Source: Eledone cirrhosa (Eukaryota). From it: DNA of 64,000 nt. Numbering within the stretch: position 1 is the stretch's first letter; every line of letters starts with the position of its first letter. The position numbers and the translations under genes were made by a program. The notes under the pieces are model-generated. The model was not told the origin of the DNA, made no database searches, and was given only the letters and a program-made list of their open reading frames with translations. Shown here one piece after another: positions 12,056-25,972 of the stretch. The stretch covers positions 316,944,001 to 317,008,000 of the forward strand of contig OZ024740.1 of NCBI GenBank assembly GCA_964016885.1. The letters run 5' to 3'.

Positions 12056-12112
12056 TTAATATGGCAACAGCACTAGGGAGGTCATCAAATGTAAGGTCCA
12101 GAATTTGTAGTA

Positions 12113-12312
12113 TCATATATACTCAAATATAAGCCGATACAAATATAAGCCAACCCCACTATTTTATGTCTGAGAAATGGACAAAAATCCAAACCTTATT
12201 TATGTAGAATTTGAAGTTGGTGAAAACCATCAAAATATTGATCTCAAATATAAGCTGACCCCACCTCTACCAACGATTTTTTGGTTATGTATTCCTTGGC
12301 TTATATTGAAGG
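12113..12312. mobile_element. Tc1/pogo-type MITE remnant
   Basis: tatactcaaatataagccg ... ggcttatattga inverted termini with repeated aaatataagc motifs. Confidence 0.55.
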
Positions 12313-12429
12313 ATCTTTTCAAAGAAGGATGTTCATAGAAGCAGTGCAAATTTAATATGAGGTGTATAAGAGGCGTGTAAATGATATCTGAGCCTTAGTG
12401 TAAATGATATCTGAGTTAGGGGGGAATGA

Positions 12430-12990
12430 TGAAAGGTATAATTTGAATTAAAGTATGAGTTCTCAGAGGTGATAGCAAATAGATCGTTAATGTACAGAAG
12501 ATTAAGAATCTAGGAATCATTACCAAAGATAAGGATACACCAGAATTAACATAAGGCTACAGAGAACTCCATCAATACACAGTGCAATGTAGTGATCAGA
12601 TAGGAATCTTCCAATACAACAGATGGTAAATGGATGAAACCTATAGGAAGATAACTTAGCTGAAAGATTTTCAAGTCTGATATGGACAAAGGTTTGCTGA
12701 TGCCAAGTTCAATGATATTACCTTTGCTGAAATTCTCAAGAGCAACAATCCCCTTGGTGACTGACATAGGAGAATACGTTCCCAGTAGATCTGGCTCTAC
12801 AGAAACTAAACTTATGGCCACTGAAGAGAGGAGAGAAAGAGACTTAAAGTGATAAAGGATGTCTGCATGGTCTTGTAACTCCCAAGGGAGTCATAAGGGG
12901 GCTGTATTGACATACAGTGTTTCTATGGCATTTTAAAACCTAGCAGAGCCCATCTCCTCTCCATGTCTGAATACAGCAGATTTCTTCCAG
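12430..12990 (-). mobile_element. Possible old LINE endonuclease fragment
   Basis: ORF 12546-12821 loosely resembles an APE N-terminus; heavily decayed. Confidence 0.3.
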
Positions 12991-13591
12991 AGAAAGATAG
13001 AAAGTGAGAGAGAAGAAGTGAGGGAAAATGAACCTGGTACTTTTTTTATCAATCTCGAATGGATGAAAGGTAATGTTGAACTCAGAGATCAGAGGGCCGG
13101 AGGAATACAGTAAAGTATTCTATCTGATGTTCTAACAACTCAACCAATTTTCTGCCTTCGATAAAGGATGGGATTAATAACTATTTTCATCACATTTGAG
13201 ATCCTGGAAGCGAAAACAGTAGGTTGGTAGTTGGTAGGGTTAAAGAGATTGACTTTCTTTGGAATGAGACATACTCATATGGTTCCAAATATTTGGGATA
13301 GAGTTCTATACAAAGAAAAAAATTGAAGAGTACAGAAAAGGTGGGAGCTAATTCTTGAAAATACTGTTTAAAGGAAGATATATTGTGAAAGGGTTTGCAT
13401 TGTTAGATTTGAGCAACTGGAGGAATTTCAGTCTAATTTATGCCACTGATTTGATAGAAAATTATAATATGAGGATACAGATTAAAAAGAAGTGATCAAC
13501 TAATGAGCCTTTTTCACTAGAAGTAGTTTTCTAATCAGATAAATTAATCGAGGCTGAACATTCATTGGATGTGCAATATAAATGAGAGAGA

Positions 13592-13968
13592 AAGTCAGAG
13601 CTTGGATGAACTGAGAGAGAAACTGGGTTTAAGAAGAGTCTGAAGTGGTGTGCAAGAGAGAAGACAGTGTTGGCCCAGACATGTAATCATCATCATCATC
13701 ATCATCACCGTTTTAATGCACATGGATAATGATCGTTGGGTGAAGAAGTGCCAGGAAATACAAGTAGAGGAAAGCCGCAATAGAGGTAGACCAAGGAAGA
13801 CCTGGGTAGAGGAGATGAGAGCTGATCTCAAATCGCTGAGACTCACAGAGGAAATAACAAAGAAACGCAGTGAATGGAGAGATACTGTGCTGAAAAGGAC
13901 ACATCCAACCCATGCAAGTGTAGAAAAACGGATCTAAAAATGGTGATGACAATGATTATGATGATGAT
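13592..13968 (+). mobile_element. RTE LINE 3' fragment
   Basis: MDNDRWVKKCQEIQVEESRNRGRPRKTW, (GAT)n tail. Confidence 0.88.
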
Positions 13969-15918
13969 ACTGAATGTGTCAGAATACTAAATGATATGTC
14001 CTAAGTTTAAATCCATTCCAGGCATTTCTTTGTGATTCTGAACACAATACATCTTCGTTTGTACCTCAATTTATTTAACAACTGGGAATAAGCAGAACTA
14101 CTTTGAAGAATTTTCAACGTTGGTAACAATAGACTGTTGTCCTATCTCTTATCTACTTTACATGACAATAATCCAAATTAATTACCAGTTTCTGAATGGA
14201 TTAACAGCAAGTAAAGTTAAATATATATTTTTTAAAGAATGTAACACAATGACTGTTGTTAAATAATGGCTAATTTTTGAATAAGCAAACAATGATACTG
14301 ACTTCTATGTATAAACATACAATCCATTACACCAAACAGCATTTAAACTTTTACTTTTTAGATAAGGCACCATTGTGTTTTCTATCTAAATTGGGGGCAT
14401 TCAAAGTCATATTAGTGGTATTTACTATTCAGAAACAGCAATTAAATCAAGATCAATACAAGTAAACATTTATTTAATAATCAATAAATTCTTCTGAAAA
14501 TCGACACTCTTCAAACATCCATCTCTTCCTTCAAATCCAGTCAGGTTTCTATCGACAATTTAATTGACCTTGGTCATCTGATCATTTTGCTGGCTAAATT
14601 AAATCAAGTAAAAACAATGTTTATTTATAACTTGACTTTATATATAAAGTCATCTTCTTTATATATGGAATATTGTAGAACTAAATTACCATGGCTATTT
14701 TTTGGTGTTTTTCTAAACTAACAAGTTGGAGCTAATATATTCATACTTGTTATTATCAGTTTTTCTAGAAAATTCTTTTTTTGATTGATTTCTTTACCAT
14801 GAAAATCTAGAAAAACAGGAAGCTTATTTCATAGTAATATATATATATATATATATCATCATTATCATCATCACGTTTAACAACCATATATTAGCCAGTG
14901 TATTGTTTATTTTTTTGTGATACAAGAAGTTGGATATGTCTACAATTTCATAAATCATGATATAAATATATATATGTATTATGGATGAACTCAGTCCACC
15001 ATGTAAAATAGTAATATTGGCAGGGTTAGATTTAGACCTTGGGGGGCTCCTCATACACGGACAATTAGAATATACAGCCCCCCCCCCCCCCCATTTTACA
15101 TATCAGAGTTAGCTTGGCGCAAGTAATTGGAATTGAAAAGTTATACGTACAGAGGAATTAAATTCAAAAACTGTAACCATCCAGTCCACACAGTAAATAT
15201 GGTTGGCATTAGGAAGGACATCCAGCTGTAGAAACTAAGCCAGAAACAGTTTTCTATGAACAAGACACAGTCATCTGAGCTAACTTGTCTCACAGTGAGA
15301 CAACTCGTCTAACCCATGCTAGAATGATGATGATATATCTAAAATAAAATGCTTAGTATTATAGAACCATGAATAGTTTCAGACAGTTTGCTATGAAAAG
15401 AGTTAGATAACAATGAAAGCATATAGAATTGGAATCGAGTTAAAAAACCATTTATCTCTCATTAAATTTATAAGCCTCAGTTTATAGGAGTTGTATAAGT
15501 GTACAAGTGTGTTGCACAAGATAAATACTGTAGCAGCTAAGAATCTGTAATGATTATAGCTAATATATCTGTTACAATAGCAAGTGTGCAACTGCGTGGG
15601 TACATGCAATGATGAATAGAAGATGAGAAATTGCCAGCAGGCTTGACATGAAGTTGATTAATTACATGAAATGTCCAATATTTCTTCGTACTATAATCTA
15701 TAATTAAACAGAGTTCTATGATAATGGTAAGTTTTACTGAAATTTCATTACAAAACATTGCACACCATCTTCCTTGGCTGTCTATCTTCCATTTCAATCA
15801 ATTATGTTTTCTGTGGGATAGAAATCTAATGAAGGCATTAGGGAGTGAAATGTGGGACAGAAATGTATTGAAGATGTCATTGAATGGAATGTAGGATGGA
15901 AAACTGAGGAAGACATCA

Positions 15919-16578
15919 TCATCACCACCATCACCAGCACCCCCACCAACACCACCACCACTACCACCATCATGATCATGATCATCATCACCATCATGAT
16001 CATCATGATCATCACTATCATCATGATCATCATCATTATCATCATCATCATCATCGTTTAACATCCATTTTTCCATGCTAGCATGGGTTAGACAGGTTGC
16101 CCCATTGTGAGTCAATTTAGTTCAGATGACTGTGTCTTACACATACAGAACTGTTTCTGCTTTGGTTTCTATAGCTGTATGCCTTTCCTAACACCAACCA
16201 CATTTACAGCTTAGACTGGGTGCATTTTATCATGGCACCAAAACAACCACTTTACTGGGTGGATTGGGGGTTTATTGTTGTGGCACCAACACCAACCACA
16301 CTACAAAATGGAGTGGGCACTTTTGTCATGTCACCAGCTCACCTACACCATAGGGTGGGCCGAGTGTCACCAACATGACCACAGGATGGACTAGTGGCTT
16401 TTGTTGTGTCACCAACATGAACACCATGCAGGGTGGACTAGAGGCTTTTGTTGGGTCACCAGCATGACCACCTTACAGGGTGAACTGAGAGCTATTAGCT
16501 ATTAGCCACTTCAGCAGCATTGTGGAAGAGTGTGTTCAGCTTTCCAAAATGTGGTTTAGAAGTGTTGAAGATGTTGAA
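15919..16578 (-). mobile_element. RTE-tailed non-coding retroelement with a 20-bp flanking direct repeat
   Basis: gaaaactgaggaagacatca at 15899-15918 and 16579-16598. (CAT)n tail, RTE 3' terminus, internal ~45-50 bp degenerate repeats. Confidence 0.7.
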
Positions 16579-16597
16579 GAAAACTGAGGAAGACATC

Positions 16598-17400
16598 AGT
16601 GTGTGAAATGTGGGATGATTAGTGTGTGAAATATGGGATAAAACCATGTGAGTAAATATGAGATAGAAAACTGGGAAAGATAACTCAGTGGGGGAATGTT
16701 GACTAAAAACAACAAAAATATCAGTGAGTGAAATATGGGATAGATATATAATGAAGACATTAGTGTGTGAAATGTGGGATAGAAACATTGTGAAGTCATT
16801 AGTGTGTGAAATGTGGGATAGATATATAATGAAGACATTAGTATGTGAAATGTGGGATAGAAACATTGTGAAGTCATTAGTGTGTGAAATGTGGGATAGA
16901 AACATTGTGAAGTCATTAGTGTGTGAAATGTGGGATAGATATATAATGAAGACATTAGTGTGTGAAATGTGGGATAGAAACATTGTGAAGTCATTTGTGT
17001 GTGAAATGTGGGATAGAAACATTGTGAAGTCATTAGTGTATGAAATGTGGGATAGATATATAATGAAAACATTAGTGTGAAATGTAGGATAGAAACATTG
17101 TAAAGTCATTAGTGTGTGAAATGTGGGATAGATATATAATGAAAACATTAGTGTGAAATGTAGGATAGAAACATTGTAAAGTCATTAGTGTGTGAAATGT
17201 GGGATAGATATATAATGAAGACATTAGTGTGTGAAATGTGGGATAGAAACATTGTGAAATCATTAGTGTGCGAAATGTGGGATAGAAACATTGTGAAATC
17301 ATTAGTATGTGAAATGTGGGATAGAAAACTAAGAAAGATATCTATGTGTGAAATGTGGTATAGAAATTGATGAAGGCATTTATGTGTGAAATGTTGGGGT
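16598..17400 (+). repeat. 39-bp minisatellite with two alternating variants
   Basis: tagtgtgtgaaatgtgggatag followed by (atatataatgaagacat | aaacattgtgaagtcat). Degenerate units also at 15810-15918. Confidence 0.95.
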
Positions 17401-17552
17401 ACAAAACTTTTGATGACATCACATTTCCTACATTGATGCCTTTGGTTTTCTATCTCACATTTCATACTGATGTCTTATTAAATTATATATTTCACATTTC
17501 ATGCTGTTTTCATCAATTTTTCTGTTTCCCATTTCATACTGATGTCTGAGTT

Positions 17553-19216
17553 ATCATCATCATCATCATCATCAGGTTTAGCGTCCGTGTTCCACGCTTG
17601 CATGGGTTTGGACGGGGGTTTTCCCACTTGAGGCAAGAGTGGTTGTCTTGCTCGCATAGGACTGTCTGGCGGGTTTTCTACAGTTGGATGCCCTTCCTAA
17701 CACCAACCACATTTACAGTGTGGGGCTGGGAGGTTTTTACCGTGTTGCCTACACGGCCACATTACAGCGTGGACTGTCTGGCGGGTTTTCTACAGCTGGA
17801 TGCCCTTCCTAACACCAACCACATTTACAGTGTGGGGCTGGGAGGTTTTTACCGTGTTGCCTACACGGCCACATTTACAGCGTGGACTGTGTGTTTTTTT
17901 GTCATGACACCTACACGATCTCATTTGTTTCGGCCTGGATGGCGCGGCACCAACATAACTTTACATAGAATGGGGTGGTGTGGATGGGGTGGGGGTGGTG
18001 GGACGGGGTGTATTTTGTTAGAGATGCCTACTGGCTGGAGTAGGTTTTTACTTTGTATTTAGGTAAGGCGGGTCTTCTCTATTACTGAGTACCGCCAAAG
18101 GTCTCGGTCCAGTGACATTGTCTTGGAGAGGTGTAAGCGTGTGAGGTCGGAATTTATCAGCTCGTCCCATGTTTTCCTGGGTCTGCCTACTCCGTGGCTA
18201 CCGTCTATCTTTATTGCCCTGCACTTTGTTATACAGCTGTCGTCTTTCATGCGCATCACGTGACCGTACCAACGTAGCCTTCTCTCGAGTTAACAACATC
18301 TGATCCCTCTTATTTCTAATTTTTTCCTTAGTTCGTTTATGCTTTGCCGTTCACGTATATTACTATTGCACATCCAGCGGAGCATGCAAGCTTCGTTCCT
18401 CTCTAGTCTGCGTATATCCTCTGCACACAATGCCCAGGTCTCACTGCCATGCAGCATTGCTGTTCGTATGCAGGCATCGTATAACCTGCCTTTCATTTTT
18501 AGGGAGAACCCTCTAGCGGCTAATAGTGGTATAAGCTCTCTGAACTTTTTCCATCCAGTTCTGACTCTAGCTACTGTACTTTCAGAGCACCCTCCCCCAC
18601 TGCTGATTTTGTCACCCAGGTAACGGAAGCTGTCCACTATTTCTATAGAACCCTCTGCGCAGTTGAAGGAGCTAGTATTTTGTGGGCACTTGCTGCTACT
18701 TATTGCACCAGAGCACCGGCCACATGTAAAATCTATGTTCTTAGTTAGCTTACCTGTGATCCCACTACATCTTTTATGCACCCATACTTTGCATTTGGGA
18801 CATAAAATGGAGTTTCTACCTACGCCTTTCCTACACACTGAGCATGGCCATTTCCCAGATGGGACTGCCGCCATATTTTCTTTCCTACAAACTAGAACTT
18901 TTGTCTTAGCCAGGTTAATTTTAAGGCCTTTTGATTCTAGGCCGTGCTTCCATGTTTGGAATTTCTTCTCTAGTTTGGTCATTGATTCAGCTATGAGCGT
19001 TAGATCATCTGCGTATAGGAGTTCCCATGGGCAGCCGGTCTTGAACTCCTCTGTTATTGAAGGGCAATAATAAATAGTAGGGGGCTAAGAACAGAGCCCT
19101 GATGGACACCAACTTTTACGCTAAACTCTTCACTATATTCGTTGTTAATTCTAACCTTACTGACTGTTTCTTTATACATGGCTTGTATAGCTCTCACAAG
19201 CCATTCGTCAACACCT
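17553..19216 (-). mobile_element. RTE subfamily B, 5'-truncated, with a tandem duplication in the 3' UTR
   Basis: ORFs 18059-18982 cover the RT C-half with PHD-like finger; (CAT)n tail. Confidence 0.95.
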
Positions 19217-21742
19217 CCTCTCTTGCACACTGCATTCTATACCTCTCAGACACAGTTTCTCTCTCAACACATCCTTGCTGGGTCGTTCACGCATATTGAT
19301 ATTGCACATCCAACGGAGCATGCTTGCCTCATTTCTCTCCAGCCGTCGCATATCCTCTTCAGTTGAGGCCCATATCTCACTACCATGCAGCATCACGCTC
19401 CTCACACAGGCACCATATAACCGGCCTTTCGTACGCAGAGAGAAACCCTTCTTCGTCAGCAGAGGAAGCAGCTCCCTAAACTTCTTCCAACCCGTCCTTA
19501 TTCTAGATACTATGGCCTCGGAACACCCCCCTCCCATGCTAATCTGATCTCCTAGGTACCAGAAACTATCCACCACTTCTATAGCACCCGCCTGCATTTG
19601 AAAAATGTGTCTATCAAAGTGACTTCTACTGTCTAATTTCCCTGTACATCTACTGCATACGTATTTCTCCCTACCTGATAGTTTGCCTTGTGTACTCAGG
19701 ATCTACTTTGTGTGTATTTTATAGAATTTATGCCAGTTCCTTTTCTGCATACTGAACATGACAGAATCAGAGTTTTGTCCTCTTTTATACTCATCAACAC
19801 TTTTGTCTTAGTTAGGTTCACTCTCAGTCCTCTTGCTTCCAACTACTGTTTCCATAGCCAGAATTTATTCTGTAGCTCCTCTACTGATTCTGCTATAAGA
19901 ACCAGATCATTAGCATAGAGAAGTTCCCATGGACTGCCAGTCTTAAACTCCTCTGTTATGGCTTGGAGGACTATAACGAACAAGAGTGGGCTGAGGACCG
20001 AACCTTGATGTACTCCTACTTGTATCTGGAATTCCTCACTAAACTCCATTCCTACCCTCACTTTACTGACTGCACCTCTGTACAAAGTTTGCACTGTCCT
20101 CACAAGCCATTCCTCAACACCTAGTTTCCTTAGGGACCACCAGATGACAGATCGGAGTACCCTATCAAAGGCCTTCTCTAGGTCAACAAAGGCTAAGTAT
20201 AGTGGCTTATTCTTCTCTAAGAACCTCTCTTGTAATTGTCTCACCAAGAAGAGAGCATTTGTTGTACTTTTCCCAGACACAAAACCAAACTGCATCTCAT
20301 CTAGCTTGACTCTTTCTCTAATTAGTTGCGCTAATATCCTTTCTGCCACTTTCATAACCTGATCCATCAGTTTTTACCCCTATAATTGCTCCTCTCCAGA
20401 GCATCCCCTTTACCTTTGTAGCAATTTATGAGAATACTGCTGCACCAATCTTTGGATATGACACCACCATATATAGCCTGATTGATGATGCATGCAACCA
20501 GTTTAGTGCCTACGTCCCCTGATGCCTTCAGCATCTCAGCAACTATTCCCGACGGTCCAGCGGCCTTACCATTTTTCATTTCCTTAATCACCTCTTGGAC
20601 CCTATATTCGTCAATCTCAATAGCTGGTCCCTCTGTCGGATCTACTGAGGGTAATTTCTTTCTCCCCCATTCGTTCTCCACATTCATCAGTCTCTCATAA
20701 TGACATTTCCAGGCCTCCTTTTTCTGATCATTCGTGACACTAAGTACACCGGCATCATTCCGGACACATTTATCTCCAACAACATCCTGATTTGCATTGA
20801 CACACTGCCTTGCAATATGGAACACCGCATACCTCAATTCTTCCCGTCGCAGAACATTGGCAAACCTCCTACTCTCAGCCTCCCTGCGTGCTAAGTACCC
20901 CTGACGTCTAGCTTCTCTCTTAGCGGCTGTATATCTTTCTCTACTCCCACCCGTTTTCCAAGCCTTCCATGCTAGTCTTTTGTTTCTAATAACCCTATCT
21001 ACTGTGCTGTTCCACCACCAGGTCACTCTCTGTCTGGTTGGAGCTCTGCTCCAGCCACAAGTTTCATCAGTAGCCTGCAGTAAGTTGTCACGTAAGAAAT
21101 TCCAGTTATTATCTATGTCATACAACTCTAAATCGTCTTCTTTTTCGTCATACACATCTTGAAGGGCTTTCCTAAATTTGTATTTTAGTGAAAGGTCTTT
21201 TAGCTTCCAGACCTTTCTTCTCCACACCTTCCTGTGTGTCTCATTCCATCTCTTGCTTACTGAGATATCACTAACGACTAACATATGCTGTGGGGTACAT
21301 TCTTCCCCAGGGTATGCCTTGGTATTTGACACCATCTGCCTGTCTCGCTGCGTAACTAGTAAGAAGTCAATTTGGCTTATGTGCTCGCCTGATTTGTAGG
21401 TTATTAGTGGTTGGCAGGTTTCTGGAAGTTAGTGTTGCAAATAGTCAGTGTACTTGCATCACAAAATTCAAGTCTCACTCCTTCTTCATTTCTTGATCCG
21501 TAACCGTGCCCACCATGTACCCCAGTGTAACCATTCTGGAACTGTCCAACAAGACCATTGAAGTCCCCTGCTAGCATAACGATGTCTCCGTCCTCTGTCA
21601 TTGCAGCTGTTTGTAAAAGTTGTTCGTAAAAGCAATCTTTGCCTAGGCCTGCTTGGGGAGCATAGGCAGAGCTGATTGTCAGTAGTCTCCTGCCTACAAC
21701 TAATCTAAGCTTAATTATTCGATTACTAACTCGAACTACCTT
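19217..21742 (-). mobile_element. RTE subfamily A (APE+RT), decayed, 3' end missing
   Basis: AGDFNG APE motif (21404-21601). ORFs 20367-21335 and 19843-20367 closely match the 41-1411 protein. Confidence 0.95.
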
Positions 21743-21919
21743 TATTCTCTTATTGTCAAATACATATATAAAAATAGGAAATAAATAAACAACATAAAAT
21801 CAATTGATTGAAACCTTAAAACTGTTCTCTTTTTCTGTTTATTGATGTGTGTCTATATTTATGATAAGTTCTTAAGAAGATATACCTGTCTAATAGTTCA
21901 ATACCTTGAGAAGATTTAC

Positions 21920-21975
21920 CTGCTCGATAACACTATCAGGAGAAACATTTATCTTTGTCAACTTACATTCAAGCA
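21920..21975 (-). other. Candidate host micro-exon (56 nt)
   Basis: ttacag|...gagcag|gtaaat with open frame LECKLTKINVSPDSVIEQ, in sequence not repeated in this window. Confidence 0.25.
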
Positions 21976-22438
21976 CTGTAAGTATATATACTAGAATAAA
22001 CTGACTGAATCTCCAAGGAGACTACAAGATTTACCATTGTTTTTTGTCTTCTAGTTTACAATTCTTTGTCTATATCCTCCCTTTATATCTAGTAGTACAC
22101 TGACACACAAATCATTACTACAAACAATTAACAAATTGATTTATTGCTACAGCCATAAAATATAGGCTGCTTTATCCATTGTTTCAACTGTATTGCCACC
22201 CCACCCTACTTCACACACACTCAACCTGCCTATGGCATAGATAAAAACCTTCATTAATCTCTCAATGAAATCAGTTGTCTCCATCCGCCTACATGTTCAA
22301 AGATACACATGTTTAGGAGCAATGTGTACTTGCACTGCCTGCTCTTCTCAACCCTAGTTGAGTGGGTGGATTACAGCTTCCAAGATGTGGTTGTTGGCAA
22401 AACTATGAGCAACAGTGACTTGTCAGACCAACGTTTAA

Positions 22439-22651
22439 CCCTTTAATATTTACATTACTCTATATTTACTATTGTATTTTTGCAGTAAAGGCACATAATT
22501 ATCTCACATAATATCGAATGTATGAGATTTTCATATTATTTATTTTGAGAACAATACCTTAACATCAGTATGAGTGGCCAATTACAACTAGTTTGAACAG
22601 AAAGAGGTGAGAGAATTCTGGCCGGACATGACCAGTTAAAATATTAAATGG
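22439..22651. mobile_element. piggyBac-type MITE
   Basis: TTAA flanks; homologous to 11835-12055. Confidence 0.82.
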
Positions 22652-22768
22652 TTAACTCAACTTGAAGCGTATGAAAAACAGGTTGTCTCATCCAGGTGTT
22701 CAGCATCATTAATGTGTAGTCCAGTGGACTTTAAGATATACAAGTTCAATGTTGGGAGCCACGATTTA

Positions 22769-23101
22769 CGAGGATCAACAGAAAAGTTCATAGGTTGACC
22801 AAGATACTCTCATGGACTGACCAAATGAGGTTTATTTTTCAACATAGTCCCTAGAAAGAAACAATGCAATTATTAATAAGTGTTGAAATTAATGCATGCA
22901 AGATTTCACAGCTCTAGTACCTCTCCTTCATGGTCAGCCTATGACCAAGATACTCTCAAATGAGGTTTATTTTTCAACATAGTCCCTGGAAAGAAACAAT
23001 GCAGTTATTAATAAGAAGAGTTGAAATAAATGCATGCAAGATTTCACAGCTCTAGCATCAATATTTCATAGACAACCTATGAACTTTTCAGCTGACTCTT
23101 G
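22769..23101. mobile_element. mariner-type MITE with internal tandem duplication
   Basis: TA|cgaggatcaacagaaaagttcatagg ... cctatgaacttttcagctgactcttg|TA. Confidence 0.8.
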
Positions 23102-23162
23102 TATGGTGATGGTGATGATGATGATACATACATACATACATGTATGTATGTATGTATGTATG

Positions 23163-23189
<27 letters not shown>

Positions 23190-23194
<5 letters not shown>

Positions 23195-23660
23195 GGGCAA
23201 AGGAGCTCTTAAGAGTCAATGGCCATCCAAAATCACCGGGAGAGATGACCCCTTAGCCTTTGTCAAGGCAGAATCCTAGGAGAAAGAAAACTCTGATATA
23301 ACACCTGCAACTCTGATGGTATCCAATGATGTTGACTTGTTCTTCTTTTTGGTAAATATCATCTTGGTTAAGAGAGTGGGACTGGCTTTGTGCAGCGCCT
23401 TTGCTCACTATAAAAGCTTCACGGCACAGGCATTGCTTTATATCTGGAGATCTCCCTTCACTTGTCGTCACATGGTACCATGGGCCCAGCACTATGTGTC
23501 AATAATTGTCATAAGTGTAGTGTTTGTACCAGAGTTTTCAAGTCGCTGGCTGGACTAAAAAGTCACATTCGTAGGGGTTCGGTAGGGGTTCTCCTACATG
23601 GATATAAAGTAGTGACCATACTCGAAAACGAGTTGGCAGCCACCATGTATGTATGTATGT
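23190..23660 (+). mobile_element. Internally deleted non-LTR element (UTR-like part joined to a zinc-finger 3' end), (TATG)n tail
   Basis: CSVCTRVFKSLAGLKSH. Homologous to 61119-61470 and 54535-54990. Confidence 0.7.
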
Positions 23661-23874
23661 ATATATCATAGTCAAACTATAAACAATTCAGCCAACCCTC
23701 ATAAGAGTTATTTCTAATGTTTCCCTGAAATACAAGAACAACAACAACAGCAACAAAAATGGGAAAATAAATTTTATTCCTATATCCTTGTTTTTTTTAT
23801 TTATTGCCATGCCCCAGTGTTTGATATTTACTGAAGCCGAGGAGCATTTGTAATGGTCATTTTAACATTCTATG

Positions 23875-24087
23875 TTTTAGCATTTAAACTGGCTGTTTCA
23901 GGCCAGAACTCTCTCACCTCTTTCTCTTCAAGCTGGCCATAACTAGCCACTGATGTTAAAGTATTGTTCTCAAAATAAATAGTATCAAAATCTCATAGAT
24001 TCGATTATTATGTGAGATATTATGTGAGATAAAGCTTTTACCATGAAAATACAATAGTATATATAGAGAAATGTAAAAGCTAAGGGG
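23875..24087. mobile_element. piggyBac-type MITE, opposite orientation
   Basis: Reverse complement of the 11835 family; ggg|TTAA end. Confidence 0.8.
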
Positions 24088-24529
24088 TTAAACCTTCATT
24101 TATCATGTAAGCACTTGTAGTATTTGATCCCAAATGTAAACTTACAGCAGAAAATTAGATTTAGAACTGCATAAAATTAAATTATGAACTAGACAAGTAG
24201 AGGTCACTTCAACGTTTAAATAACCACTGGAGTAAAGAGTTGCTATGAAAATGCAATAGATCAATGTTAACAATGTCAGTTAATTTCAAATTTATTTCAA
24301 GGAACCAATACATCAAATTTATCATGCCCTTTCAAACTATATATTCTCAATCATTTTAATTATTTAAAAGAGGTCATTTCGGACTTGGCAGACTATCATC
24401 ACTATAGTTTACACATTAACACTATCAGTCAATGTACCAATGCTAATGTGTAACGCAGCAACACTCACACACCAATGCTACCATGCAACACAGCAACTCC
24501 AGCATCATATACCATCATATACATCAATG

Positions 24530-24783
24530 TTCATCCTTACGGGTTCGATATAATAAAGTACCAGTAATACACTGGGTAATTGCTGGCCTTGTGCCAAACG
24601 TAGAAACAATTATTATTGGCAGTATTGGTTAGACGCTATGCTTTGACGCATACAGTTACGGACCTTGCCATTCTGAGTTCGAATCCTGCCGAGGTTAACT
24701 TTGCCTTTCGGAGTCGATAAAATAATGTACCAGTAATGCACTGGATAATTGCTGGCCTTGTGCCAAAAGTAGAAACAATTATT
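24530..24783 (+). mobile_element. Two tandem SINE S1 copies (the first is partial)
   Basis: B-box gagttcgaatcc and shared 3' body. Confidence 0.88.
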
Positions 24784-25297
24784 AGTCAACACATAAACAT
24801 CACAGTATACCAATATTATCATTATCAGTCAACAGTTCCATTACAATATACCAACATCATCAGTCAATATTCTAACACTATTGGGTTATTTTTCTGTGTG
24901 TATGTAGTGTATATATATGTGTGTATGTGTGTGTATGTGTTTATTTGTGAAGAGAGAAAGAGAGAGAGAGAGAAAGCGGACATAAATATAAATATATATA
25001 TATATATATATATATGTACATATATGTACATGCCATTTAATTTTATTTATTTATTTATTTATTTCTTCTTGTCTCTGTCTCTATTTGCTCATGCGTTTGT
25101 GTGTGTGTTTAATGTTTGGTGTGTGTGTTCATGTTTGAGTGTATGTGTTTTTGTTTTTGTATTCTATCTTTGTTCACTAGTGTGTTTATATGTGTTTGTT
25201 GTTATTGTACTTGTGTATTTATTTATTTATTTATTTATATTTCTCTTAGGTCTGTATTGTTTGTTTGGGTATGGTTGTTGTTATTGCATTCATTCTT

Positions 25298-25972
25298 TCT
25301 GTTTAACTTTGGTTTTCTTAGTTCTATCTCAGTTGCTTCTCTGATTTGCCTACCTGTTGGGTCATTTCTATGCTTAGATATTATTTTAATTTCTATGTTG
25401 TCTATACTACTGTCATGTCTTTGTCTGGCGTGTTCATATAGTACTGAGCCGTTTTTTTTTTTGTCCTTTTAGTTCCCCCCAGTGTTGGTCTATTCTTTCT
25501 CCTATGATTGGAGCTGTCTCACCTATGTATGTCATTGTCATGTTTCTGCAAGTACCCGCTGTACATCTTATGCTATAGACTACATTTATAGTTTTACAAT
25601 TTATCTGGGGGTTCATTCTACATATAACACATTTCTTATTCGTACAGTCTTGCTGATCAGGGATTTTATGGTAGTTCCTGGCTTTTCTACCACTTTAATC
25701 TTTAGATGGGTCTTTCTTAGGACATTTCTACATTGCATAGCTAATTTCCCTCCAGGAGTAGCATCCATGGTCATGACACTTTGGTATCTCTGGTTGTTGT
25801 ACCATGAAGTGGCTTTCCCCATCTTATGTTTAGTCCTATCTAAGCTATTCTATGATTTGCTCCTGTATAATGGGCAAATTCCTTTCATGTCCATTTCTAT
25901 GAGGGTCTTATATTTCTCCATGGCTCCTTTGTATACTCTGATTCTGTCTCTTTGGTTGTAGCCAGAGAACCG
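25298..25972 (-). mobile_element. Penelope-like element fragment (RT thumb/linker + GIY-YIG), Neptune-like
   Basis: PLYRSK, TPGGKLA, IKVVEKPG, NVVYSIRC..C..YIGET..ER..H spread over frameshifted ORFs. Confidence 0.82.

Noticed and set aside
16598-17400. CRISPR-like periodicity and repetitive 13-aa ORFs
   Set aside because: No unique spacers, only two alternating variants, and no cas genes in a eukaryotic context. The ORFs are by-products of a 39-bp unit.
22101-22425. Second solo LTR (TGACA...TGTCA)
   Set aside because: No matching TSD and no second copy in the window.
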